DNA of 64,000 nucleotides from Candidatus Kerfeldbacteria bacterium (GTDB taxonomy: Bacteria; Patescibacteriota; Patescibacteriia; UBA10025; JAHIVO01): NCBI GenBank assembly GCA_047946875.1, contig CP181398.1, positions 969,041-1,033,040 on the forward strand, written 5' to 3'. The notes beneath the pieces were generated by a model. It was not told the DNA's origin, ran no database searches, and saw only the letters and a program-made list of their open reading frames with translations. Shown here piece after piece: positions 10,101 through 18,576 of the stretch; position 1 is the first letter of the stretch, and each line of letters opens with the position of its first letter. Made by a program: the position numbers and the translations under genes.

Positions 10101-10160
10101 GCCTTTATGATAATAAGAGAAATTGTGTCTGTCAAGTTTTGTCAAGTTTTGTCAAAGAGG
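10101..10160 (-). promoter_or_regulatory. Three tandem 10-bp direct repeats TTGACAAAAC (minus strand) immediately upstream of the HTH gene; putative promoter/operator
   Basis: The plus strand at 10131-10156 reads gtcaagttttgtcaagttttgtcaa, which is TTGACAaaacTTGACAaaacTTGACA on the minus strand. Possible -10 elements lie downstream (TATTAT with a 14-nt spacer, or TATCAT with a 17-nt spacer, from the last repeat), ending ~10 nt before the ATG. Confidence 0.5.
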
Positions 10161-10355
10161 GAAGTGGACTATTTTTCTGCTAATTATAGCTATTTATATT
10201 CTATTTATAATGGTATTTTTTATAACGTAAATTTACAAAAAATTAATTTCCATTTTTCATTATTATTAATAGCAATCCCCTCACTTCTATAATAACTTGT
10301 AATTATTTTTTTAAAATAAAAAAACCGTTTGAATTTCTTCAAACGGTTTATTTCT

Positions 10356-11819
10356 TTAATCTTTCTTTTCAAGAAGGATTTTACATGGAGCACCGAAACA
10401 TGTCCGGCAATAATCAGAGGCATCTCCCCCACCTTCGACGATCACCCGATCAAGCCACTTAAGTGGCAAGTAGAGCAGTGAAGCGATATCTAATTCCTGA
10501 CGAATTTCATCTTCCTTGATTTTAGCAGCAATCAACTGATCATGTGTTTTCATGTCAATCCCAAAGAAACAAGGATCTGTAATCATGGGAGCGCTGATAC
10601 GGAAATGAATCTCTTCATATCCGGCCTGACGAATTTTTTTCGCCAATACCTTGGCTGTAGTCAGTCTAACAATACTGTCGTCACAGACTATCACCTTTTT
10701 CATGGGTTTAATAAGTACATTACCCTCAGCATCATAGACACCATTTGGGACATCTCTCAAAACCGTATATTTCCTGATAGCTTTCAAACGACGAGCTGCC
10801 TGACCAGGAGAAATAAACGTTCGGCCGGTATAAGCATCTTTCATAATGCCATTACGCATTATAATTTTGCTTTGCCATGAGTAACCATCGGTAAAATAAT
10901 CACCGGATTGAGGAACGCTGACAACACAATCAGCTTCAGGAAACTGACCATTCCTTTCTAATTCATATTTAGCCGTGGCGATACCTAGACGACGACGAAA
11001 TGACGCACCAGTCTCATTGCCAAAAACGATACTATCCGGACGAGAGAAATAAATAGCCTCGAAGATACATTTGGCCAAGGGACCAGGATCCATAGCAATA
11101 ATAGATCTGTATTCACCATTTGGTGCAACAGCAATTATCTCTCCTCCTTTTACTTCTCGCTCGATGGTAGCTCCGATCAGATCAAAGACGCCTGTTTCTG
11201 AAGCGGACACAAAAGTACCATTCTTCTGACCGATAAAAAGCGGTCTATTTTCATAACGATCACGAAATACATACATCTGCGTACCGGTTAATAAACCACC
11301 GGAAAAAGTTGCAGTCAGTGTCCGCATAACCTTTTCAATCGCGTAGATATAATCCATTTTCCAATCCGGATTATCAGCCGCGATGATAGAAAATATCATC
11401 TTCAGAATGAATTCAGCATCGTTCTCGTTGTGGAATACCGCACCAGAACTATCAAATAATTCGATCTTCCGCTGATCCAAATTTGGAACATCACCATTGA
11501 GTGCTATGGACACACGACCCTTTTGATTTTCCAACCATTGAGGTTGAGCATTTTTTCTAGCACCTTCACCAGCGGTCGCATAACGAGTATGACCAATGAT
11601 CATAGATGGTTTGTGTTTTTCAATTCGGTCAAGCATGGTCATATCTAAAAGCTGACTGACCAAACCCATACCTTTAGTTCCATGAACCCTTCCATGTGAA
11701 TCAGTCCATGAACCGCCAGCACTTTCCGGACCACGATGTTGTAATCTTGGTAAAGCTAAAGCAAATGATTTCACTAATTCCGTAGAATCTCCACCTGCTA
11801 ATCCTAAAAAACCACACAT
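10356..11819 (-). CDS. purF: Amidophosphoribosyltransferase (glutamine PRPP amidotransferase)
   Basis: N-terminal MCGFLGL (Ntn Cys of a class II glutamine amidotransferase; the start was trimmed to the Met before Cys). PRTase motif VIVCDDSIVRLTTAK. A C-terminal CxxC (CRTCFGAPC) plus an internal Cys suggest the [4Fe-4S]-containing type. Confidence 0.85.
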   Translation of the reverse strand: MCGFLGLAGGDSTELVKSFALALPRLQHRGPESAGGSWTDSHGRVHGTKGMGLVSQLLDMTMLDRIEKHKPSMIIGHTRYATAGEGARKNAQPQWLENQKGRVSIALNGDVPNLDQRKIELFDSSGAVFHNENDAEFILKMIFSIIAADNPDWKMDYIYAIEKVMRTLTATFSGGLLTGTQMYVFRDRYENRPLFIGQKNGTFVSASETGVFDLIGATIEREVKGGEIIAVAPNGEYRSIIAMDPGPLAKCIFEAIYFSRPDSIVFGNETGASFRRRLGIATAKYELERNGQFPEADCVVSVPQSGDYFTDGYSWQSKIIMRNGIMKDAYTGRTFISPGQAARRLKAIRKYTVLRDVPNGVYDAEGNVLIKPMKKVIVCDDSIVRLTTAKVLAKKIRQAGYEEIHFRISAPMITDPCFFGIDMKTHDQLIAAKIKEDEIRQELDIASLLYLPLKWLDRVIVEGGGDASDYCRTCFGAPCKILLEKKD

Positions 11820-11935
11820 ATATTTTACCTCCATGTGTATATTATGTTAAATATCTATTTTTTTATTTGTTAGAAGTCTTTTATCTTACAATTAATAGAA
11901 TGATATGTCAAAAATATTTATGCTATACTATAAGT

Positions 11936-12352
11936 ATGAAAAAGGTACTTATAACAGGTACATTTGATCACATTCATCCAGGACATATTGATTTCCTTAA
12001 GCAAGCCAAAAAACTTGGTGATTTTCTAATTGTGGTTATTGCTAGAGACAAAACTGTCACTAAAATAAAAGACAAAACCCCCCTAAAAAATGAATATCAA
12101 AGACAAGATGAAATAAAGAAATTGAAGATCGCTGATCGAGTTATCTTAGGGAAGATTGGAGATAAATTTGAGGTAATTGAATTGCAAAAACCAGATATTA
12201 TTTGCTTAGGATATGACCAAAAATCTTTTACCAAAGGGCTAAGGGTAGAATTAAAAAAAAGAGGTTTAAAGCCAAAAATAGTTAGACTGAAATCATTCAA
12301 GCCTAATTTATACAAATCATCTATTATTAAAAAAGCACTAAAAAAGACTTGA
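11936..12352 (+). CDS. Cytidylyltransferase-like nucleotidyltransferase (TagD/RibL-like, HxGH motif)
   Basis: MKKVLITGTFDHIHPGHIDFLKQAKKLGDFLIVVIARD is a classic (T/H)xGH nucleotidyltransferase N-terminus. Size ~139 aa. The start was trimmed from 11867 to the ATG at 11936. Confidence 0.65.
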   Translation: MKKVLITGTFDHIHPGHIDFLKQAKKLGDFLIVVIARDKTVTKIKDKTPLKNEYQRQDEIKKLKIADRVILGKIGDKFEVIELQKPDIICLGYDQKSFTKGLRVELKKRGLKPKIVRLKSFKPNLYKSSIIKKALKKT

Positions 12353-12393
12353 TTAATAAATAAAAGCCTGCTAAACTAATTTCATTATAAAAT

Positions 12394-12442
12394 TCCGGCA
12401 ATACCTGCCCTACTTAGGCAGGCCGGATCAGGCTCTGCCTGA
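12394..12442 (+). terminator. Two adjacent GC-rich hairpins between the cytidylyltransferase gene and rpsT (terminator and/or rpsT leader structure)
   Basis: tCCGGcaatacCTGCCctacttaGGCAGgCCGGa followed by CAGGCtctGCCTG. There is no long T-tract, so intrinsic-terminator status is uncertain. Confidence 0.35.
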
Positions 12443-12467
12443 AATTAATATTTAAAATAGAAAAAAT

Positions 12468-12731
12468 ATGCCAATCAAAAAATCAGCTATCAAATATCTA
12501 AGGAAAACGAAAAAAAGAACTTCCCGCAACAAGGCAGCTAAGAGTATTACTAAGGATGTCGTGAAGAAAACTCGTGAGATTATCTTAGGGAAAGATAAAA
12601 ACAAGGCTTCCGAATCTCTAAAAAAAGCTATCAAAACTTTGGATAAGGCTGCTCAGAATAAGAGGATCAAAAAAAATAAAGCTTCTCGACTTAAATCAAG
12701 ATTAACAAAACAAGTTAATAAATTAAGTTAA
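12468..12731 (+). CDS. rpsT: 30S ribosomal protein S20
   Basis: 87-aa Lys/Arg/Ala-rich protein: MPIKKSAIKYLRKTKKRTSRNKAAKS...KAIKTLDKAAQNKRIKKNKASRLKSRL. Typical bS20 composition and length. Confidence 0.8.
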   Translation: MPIKKSAIKYLRKTKKRTSRNKAAKSITKDVVKKTREIILGKDKNKASESLKKAIKTLDKAAQNKRIKKNKASRLKSRLTKQVNKLS

Positions 12732-12732
12732 T

Positions 12733-13704
12733 TTATTTAACTTTACAAACGCTAGTAATAAATAAATCAAACAGTAGACGAGGATCGTCACTGGTTGATT
12801 TTATTTTTGTATCTATATTCAATAACTGACGATAAATTATTTTTAACTCCTCAAGAGTAAATTGGTTAGCATCTCTGATTGCCTTCTGAGCAACAAATGG
12901 ATGTAATTTTAATCTAGAAGCAATAGTAAAATGATTTGGTTCTTTATCCATCACTTCTCTGGTCTGTAATAAAATACGAAACTGACGGATCAACATAGTC
13001 AAAATATATAACTCATGTGCTCCAGCTGCTAACTGCTCATACAATAATTTGAAAGAAAGTTTTGCATCTTTTGCAGCTAGAGCATCTGTCAGGTGAAAAA
13101 TATTTTCATCAAATTTTGCTTTTACCATTAGACGAACATCATCAGCTGTTATTGGCTGACCACTTTTATAATTAATTAATTTTTCTACCTCTGTAGACAT
13201 GCTCCATAAATCAGACCCGACCAAACTCGCCAACTCCAATACCGCCGGTGGCTCAATATTACCACCTCGCTCTTTTACTTCCTGACGAATCCATTGATTT
13301 AATTGTTCTCCTGACAATAAATTAAATTCTTCTGTTTTTTCTTTTGACAACCTTTTTAATAATTTTGAAGTTACCTTTTTACCATACTTTGTTTTTTCAG
13401 TCTCTTCCATAAAAACAAGTACATTATCATCTGACCATTCTTTGTCTAGATATTCAACCATTTCATCTTGAATAGTTTTCTTTTTATTTTTACCAACCAA
13501 TCCCTCTATAACTATAAATCTTTTCTCAGCTAGAAATCCCATCTGACCAGTATGCTTACGAATTTCTTCCATAGTCATCTTCTCACCATCTAGTCGAACA
13601 ATATTCAAACCAGACTGATCATATTTCTTGATAAATCCAGCTTGATAATAATTTAGTTTTTTTCTTGCCCGATAAATATCAGAGCCATAGAGTAAAATAA
13701 TCAT
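12733..13704 (-). CDS. holA: DNA polymerase III delta subunit
   Basis: 323 aa. N-terminus MIILLYGSDIYRARKKL...IVRLDGEKMTMEEI and overall length match HolA. The stops of rpsT (ending 12731) and holA (ending 12733) are convergent and 2 nt apart. Confidence 0.65.
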   Translation of the reverse strand: MIILLYGSDIYRARKKLNYYQAGFIKKYDQSGLNIVRLDGEKMTMEEIRKHTGQMGFLAEKRFIVIEGLVGKNKKKTIQDEMVEYLDKEWSDDNVLVFMEETEKTKYGKKVTSKLLKRLSKEKTEEFNLLSGEQLNQWIRQEVKERGGNIEPPAVLELASLVGSDLWSMSTEVEKLINYKSGQPITADDVRLMVKAKFDENIFHLTDALAAKDAKLSFKLLYEQLAAGAHELYILTMLIRQFRILLQTREVMDKEPNHFTIASRLKLHPFVAQKAIRDANQFTLEELKIIYRQLLNIDTKIKSTSDDPRLLFDLFITSVCKVK

Positions 13705-13967
13705 ATAACTATAATATAACTATTCGCTGATTAAAACAAATTTTGGATTATTCACTATTTAGTTAAACCACTTTTTAACATATCTTATGTTGAAGCGGTT
13801 TTATTTTTGACAACCATCGATATATAATCTAAGATTATTAAATTGATCTTTATCATTTGTCCGTCTATAATTTACGGGCAACAACATTTAACCTTTACTG
13901 AATGCGCGACTAATGTGTACACCAAAAAACACGTAAAAAGTTGAGCGCATAGCAAAAGGAGGACTCT

Positions 13968-14513
13968 ATGTCCACCAAACTATTACAGGTATTACCTGTA
14001 ATATTCACCAAAGATACTGCTCTCTATGGAGGGGATCCGATTTTCATCGGGGCACACTACCCAATTACTGAAATTCAAGAATCAGGTGGGTACGGCTACA
14101 TTGATGATCAAAAGATTTGCCAAGGTCCACTCAAGCTCATGCCATCATTTGTAAAAGGTTCTGGCATCGAACTGAAAGCGGAATGCAGCGTGTGCGGATT
14201 GAAAATCGAACCATCCCAAGCTGTATTTAAAAGCAAGCGCGACTGGTATGGTGCACTCAACCGTTGGATTATCTCAAAAGTTGAACGGACACATTATTCA
14301 GATTTATCTTGTCCAACAGCGTCTCTCTCAATCAATCGTAATCTTAATCCAGCAGCACCCTTACTTGACCTGCCTCCCGTTATGCTGGCACTATTACATT
14401 CACCCGAAATACACGAGCATGCGAACGAAGCATACTCAATGATAATAAGGCGGTTATTAAAAATAACCAGAAATGCATCTAGCGATGTAAAGCGAGAAAT
14501 AGGATACAAATAG
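13968..14513 (+). CDS. Hypothetical protein (possible CxxC zinc-ribbon element)
   Basis: 181 aa. Good RBS aaaaggagg 6 nt upstream. Contains ...C-x(n)-CSVCG. No recognisable family. Confidence 0.5.
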   Translation: MSTKLLQVLPVIFTKDTALYGGDPIFIGAHYPITEIQESGGYGYIDDQKICQGPLKLMPSFVKGSGIELKAECSVCGLKIEPSQAVFKSKRDWYGALNRWIISKVERTHYSDLSCPTASLSINRNLNPAAPLLDLPPVMLALLHSPEIHEHANEAYSMIIRRLLKITRNASSDVKREIGYK

Positions 14514-14521
14514 TATATTCA

Positions 14522-14556
14522 ATACCACGACTGACAACGGTCGTGGTATTTTTTTC
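14522..14556. terminator. Bidirectional intrinsic terminator between the convergent hypothetical gene and polA
   Basis: 10-bp perfect stem ATACCACGAC / GTCGTGGTAT with an 8-nt loop, followed by ttttttt. The flanking A-run on the other side also makes it usable on the minus strand. Confidence 0.75.
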
Positions 14557-14565
14557 TTAATAAAT

Positions 14566-17340
14566 TTATACTTCTTTTAACTCTCCCCAGCTATTACCAA
14601 TCGCGATATCTGTTTTGATTGGAACTTTTAACTTATAAACATTATTCATCTCTTCGGCTATAAACTTAGCTACTTTATCAACTTCTTTCTCAGGAACTTC
14701 AAAAACTAATTCGTCATGCACCTGTAAAATAATTTTTGTTTTATTACTTATAGCGGGAAGTTTTTTATATATATTTATCATCGCAATTTTTAATAAATCA
14801 GCCGCGGTGCCTTGGACTGGCATATTTACTGCCATTCTTTCTGCCGATGCACGCATCTGTGGCATACTTGCATTTATTTCTGGCAAATATCGACGTCGTC
14901 CAAACAATGTCTCAACATACTCTTGGTCTTTGGCCGTGGCAATAGTTGTTGCTAAATATTCTTGGATTTCTTGATGAGTAAAAAAGTATTTTTCTATAAA
15001 TGCTCGAGCTCTTTCTCGAGTCATGCCTTGACGCGTAGCCAGACCCCAAGCTCCCATCCCATACAGAATCCCAAAATTCACTTCCTTAGCTTCATAACGC
15101 TGTTGTTTTGTTACCTCTTCGAGTTCAATGCCGTGTATATCCGCCGCGGTACGTTTATGAATATCCTCATCTTTATTAAATGACTCTATCATTTTTACAT
15201 CTCCGGCTAGAGAGGCTATTATTCTTAGCTCAATCTGAGAATAATCCGCAGCGATAATCTTATAACCTGGTTCCGCCACAAAAGCATTCCTTATTTTTCG
15301 TCCTTCTTCCGTACGAATAGGAATATTTTGTAAATTCGGATCAGATGAAGATAGTCTACCTGTGGCCGTTACTGTTTGATTAAAGCTTGTATGTACTCGC
15401 CCTGTCTTTGGATGAACTAATTTTGGCAGTGCTAATAAATAAGTAGACTGCAGTTTTGCTAATTCACGATAATCAGTTATAAAAGGTATTATCTCATGTC
15501 TATTTTTTAATTTATCCAATTCCGCAGCCGCAGTTGATAGTCCTGTTTTTGTTTTACTTATGCCTTCGGTACTAATTTCCAGTTTTTCGAATAATATTTC
15601 CTTTAGTTGCTTAGGAGAATTAATATTAAAAGTAACTCCTGCTGCTTTATATATATCCTGTTCTAGTTTTTCTAGAGTAGCGCCGGTTTGTTTAGATAGT
15701 TTTTCTAAAAATTTTACATCGATCTTAACCCCATTTTTTTCAATGTCTGCAATTACCTTAACTAGAGGCATTTCAATCTCCCTCATTAATTTTAATAGCT
15801 GCTTCTCCTCTAACTCTTCTTTGAAATAATTACATAAACGCCATGTGTAGTCAGCATCTTCCGCTGCATACCAAGCTAACTTATCTAGAGGTACTACTTC
15901 CATCGGTATTTGATCTTTTCCTTTACCAATTAAGTCAACGATTGGTTGCATGCCATAGTTAAAATTTTCTAAAGCTAAATTATCCAAACTATGACCTCGA
16001 GACCCAGGGTTCAATAAATATGAAGCTATCATACTATCAAAGCTCATAGGATTAAGTATTATGCCAGCTTCTCGTAATATCTCATAATCATATTTCAAAT
16101 TATGCCCACATTTTTTTATTTTTTCATTCTCTAGTAAAATCTTCAAGCTTTTCAACCATGTTTTATTATCCTTGATATTTATATAATATGCTTGATCATC
16201 TTTCCAAGAGAAGCTGACACCCAATAATTTTGCAGACCACGGAACTAGACTAGTCGTCTCTGTGTCTATCGCCATGTACTTCTGCTTGTTGGCCAAAGCT
16301 ATAAAATCTTCAAAGTCTTTATCATTATTAATTAATTTGTATTTAGAATTAGATTTTTTTTCTTCTACAACTTCTTGTTCTACTATCTCCTCTTTAACTT
16401 CTTCTGTTTTCTCAACAATCTTGGCTGGAGCTTTCAGATTTTTTTTTGGTTCTATACCAAATTCCGGCAACCTAGATAACATTGTTTTGAATTCGTACTT
16501 ATTAAACAAATCAAAAATTACCTGACGATCATACGGACGCAATAAACATTCTTCAGGATCAAAATCAATCGGCACGTCCAGGACTATAGTCGCCAATCTT
16601 TTGCTTAACAATGCTTCCTTCTTTTGTTCTGTCAGTAGTTTATATTGTCTTGCTTTGATATCTACATCTTCTCCCTGTTTTTCAATCGCTTCATATATAC
16701 CTTCCAAGCTACCAAACTTTTGTAATAAATACGTAGCACCTTTATCACCTATACCGCGTACCCCAGGAATATTGTCGGAAGGATCACCAGCAATACCTTT
16801 GAGGTCTATAATCTGCTTAGGCTCTAGTCCATATCTTTCACGAAACGCTTCTTCGTCATAAGTAACTGTATCTGACATTCCTTTACGCAAAGTATAAACT
16901 TTTGTTTTTGGAGTAATTAATTGAAATGCGTCTTTATCGCCTGTTACTATAATAGTCTCTAAATTATTTTTTTCATTAATGGTTGCTACTGTACCAATAA
17001 CATCGTCTGCTTCAAATCCTACTTTAGTAAAAACTGGGATATTAAATGCTTTAAGCACTTCTTTAGCCATAGGTATCTGATCATAAAATTCATCAGGTGC
17101 TTTTACTCGACCTGCCTTATACTCTTTGAACTCTTTGTGGCGGAATGTTTTTTCTTTCAAATCAAAAGCGACAGCCATATAAGCAGGCTTTATCTCTTTG
17201 TAAACTTTTAGTAATACATTAGTAAAACCGTAAACAGCATTAATTAGTACTCCTTTTTTAGTAGCAAGAGGTGGTATCGCATGAAAACTTCTATGCAATA
17301 ATGCATTTGCATCTATAATAATAAATTTTTTTGTAGCCAT
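14566..17340 (-). CDS. polA: DNA polymerase I (5'-3' exo, 3'-5' exo and polymerase domains)
   Basis: 924 aa. N-terminal 5'-3' exonuclease MATKKFIIIDANALLHRSFHA. Polymerase motifs RRxxK, DYSQIELR (motif A) and QVHDELV (motif C). Confidence 0.9.
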   Translation of the reverse strand: MATKKFIIIDANALLHRSFHAIPPLATKKGVLINAVYGFTNVLLKVYKEIKPAYMAVAFDLKEKTFRHKEFKEYKAGRVKAPDEFYDQIPMAKEVLKAFNIPVFTKVGFEADDVIGTVATINEKNNLETIIVTGDKDAFQLITPKTKVYTLRKGMSDTVTYDEEAFRERYGLEPKQIIDLKGIAGDPSDNIPGVRGIGDKGATYLLQKFGSLEGIYEAIEKQGEDVDIKARQYKLLTEQKKEALLSKRLATIVLDVPIDFDPEECLLRPYDRQVIFDLFNKYEFKTMLSRLPEFGIEPKKNLKAPAKIVEKTEEVKEEIVEQEVVEEKKSNSKYKLINNDKDFEDFIALANKQKYMAIDTETTSLVPWSAKLLGVSFSWKDDQAYYINIKDNKTWLKSLKILLENEKIKKCGHNLKYDYEILREAGIILNPMSFDSMIASYLLNPGSRGHSLDNLALENFNYGMQPIVDLIGKGKDQIPMEVVPLDKLAWYAAEDADYTWRLCNYFKEELEEKQLLKLMREIEMPLVKVIADIEKNGVKIDVKFLEKLSKQTGATLEKLEQDIYKAAGVTFNINSPKQLKEILFEKLEISTEGISKTKTGLSTAAAELDKLKNRHEIIPFITDYRELAKLQSTYLLALPKLVHPKTGRVHTSFNQTVTATGRLSSSDPNLQNIPIRTEEGRKIRNAFVAEPGYKIIAADYSQIELRIIASLAGDVKMIESFNKDEDIHKRTAADIHGIELEEVTKQQRYEAKEVNFGILYGMGAWGLATRQGMTRERARAFIEKYFFTHQEIQEYLATTIATAKDQEYVETLFGRRRYLPEINASMPQMRASAERMAVNMPVQGTAADLLKIAMINIYKKLPAISNKTKIILQVHDELVFEVPEKEVDKVAKFIAEEMNNVYKLKVPIKTDIAIGNSWGELKEV

Positions 17341-17750
17341 AGTAGATGTATTGTATCAATTTTTTCTTCATCTGACTATCAATTATATCATATTTTTTGA
17401 CAAATTTTTTCGTATATAATAAGATAGAGCCCTGAACATTGTCATTATATAAAAGAAGTACGAATATGAAGATCGAGATGTGGTTTTTTGTTTAGACCGT
17501 TCTAGCAAAGCTCCAAGTCCAAGGACGCGGAGGCCTGCCAAATAGGCTATTCAGAGGGTTGTTCTCGACAGCTCTTATTTTCCTTTCGTTATGTTTCATG
17601 CCAAGAAATATAATTTATGAATGAAGAATGGTTAATGGAAGAGTTAACCAATGGCGAATTCCCACTTCAGGGTCTGGCTAGACTTTTATATAATGATACC
17701 TACTTCAACTATCAATCCAAATAGTTGAGGTATTTTTTATCATATTATAC

Positions 17751-17779
17751 TTGACAAACTTGTTTTTTTGTGCTAATAT
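17751..17779 (+). promoter_or_regulatory. Consensus sigma70-type promoter (TTGACA - 17 nt - TAATAT, with TGn)
   Basis: The sequence reads ttgacaaacttgtttttttgtgctaatat. The spacer is exactly 17 nt and carries an extended -10 TG. Confidence 0.6.
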
Positions 17780-17786
17780 TAAGATG

Positions 17787-17903
17787 TTAGTAAAAATAAA
17801 AATAAAAAGTAAACAAAAAGCTCTTTATATTATGGAGCAATCGCTTACCAATATCTCTTTAACCTCTTTAGAGGGATGCTGGTAGCGATTGCTCCTATTT
17901 TTT
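17787..17903 (+). ncRNA. Candidate ~115-nt small RNA (promoter-to-terminator unit), function unknown
   Basis: It starts ~7 nt after the -10 above. It ends at a 16-bp perfect hairpin, GGAGCAATCGCTTACC (17834-17849) paired with GGTAGCGATTGCTCC (17881-17895), followed by tattttttt. The only internal ORF is 17 codons (MEQSLTNISLTSLEGCW), with no SD sequence. Confidence 0.4.
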
Positions 17904-17908
17904 TACCC

Positions 17909-17937
17909 TTGACATTTTACCTATAACAATCTACTAT
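17909..17937 (+). promoter_or_regulatory. Sigma70-like promoter for the 18010 gene (TTGACA - 17 nt - TACTAT)
   Basis: The sequence reads ttgacattttacctataacaatctactat. It sits directly after the sRNA terminator, ~70 nt upstream of the RBS aaggagg of the 18010 CDS. Confidence 0.45.
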
Positions 17938-18009
17938 TACAAATTATATTTGATAGCTATTTTAAATTGCAACTTAAAAAACCGTCAAATTCCAAGGAGG
18001 AATTAAAAA

Positions 18010-18483
18010 ATGGCAAGTAAAAAGGATTGTAATCGTACAACATCAATTGAAACTCTTCACACCATTACCGAATATTCGAGTGGAAAAGCTAGAATTGCTC
18101 GTAACAGAGTTATTCATCTCAATAATCTATTGAACGTTCTTCTAGAACCGACATTCAATGAAGGAGAGGCCGCTCGCATTATTGATGGTCTAAAAAAACT
18201 TCGTTGCCCAAGTCAGATGATTCAAACTCGAGTACTGAGTGTCTTAGCTTTTCACGAAGCTATGGATCCAGATAAATGGTCAAACTGCCGCGGTGAATGG
18301 ATAAAAGCTTGCGGTAGATTGGAAATTTCTGAATTCGCCACCGGTCAAGCCATCAGTGTCGGACAAAGTATTCGAGCTCAATTGTACCTTGAAAAAGCAA
18401 ATAAAAAGAATTTCCAAGTTGAAATTCGAAAAGAAGTCCAAAAAGTTTTCTTTGGTGCTAAACGAGTCATCAAACAACTATAA
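18010..18483 (+). CDS. Hypothetical protein (157 aa), elevated GC relative to the surroundings
   Basis: Strong RBS ccaaggaggaattaaaaaATG. No recognisable motifs. GC is about 40% against roughly 30-33% in the flanking housekeeping genes. Confidence 0.55.
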   Translation: MASKKDCNRTTSIETLHTITEYSSGKARIARNRVIHLNNLLNVLLEPTFNEGEAARIIDGLKKLRCPSQMIQTRVLSVLAFHEAMDPDKWSNCRGEWIKACGRLEISEFATGQAISVGQSIRAQLYLEKANKKNFQVEIRKEVQKVFFGAKRVIKQL

Positions 18484-18494
18484 CAAAAAATTAT

Positions 18495-18528
18495 CCCCCG
18501 CATATGAAATACTATGCGGGCTTTTTTT
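18495..18528 (+). terminator. Intrinsic terminator after the 18010 gene
   Basis: CCCGCATAtgaaatacTATGCGGG followed by cttttttt. Confidence 0.75.
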
Positions 18529-18576
18529 AATAAAAAAATCCCCTAATCATACTATAATGACTAGGGGGGGTTATTA

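Noticed and set aside
17460-17640. GC-rich patch (gctccaagtccaaggacgcggaggcctgcc...) in the polA upstream region, considered as RNase P RNA, SRP RNA or tmRNA
   Set aside because: I could not find the universal RNase P (GGAAAGUCCGGGCU / ACAGAACCCGGCUUA), SRP domain IV (GGAAGGAAGCAGC) or tmRNA end motifs. It is left unassigned and only an Infernal scan could settle it.
17618-17725. 35-codon plus-strand ORF (MNEEWLMEELTNGEFPLQGLARLLYNDTYFNYQSK) in the polA upstream region
   Set aside because: It is too short, has no clear RBS and lies in an AT-rich intergenic region. It cannot be supported from sequence alone.
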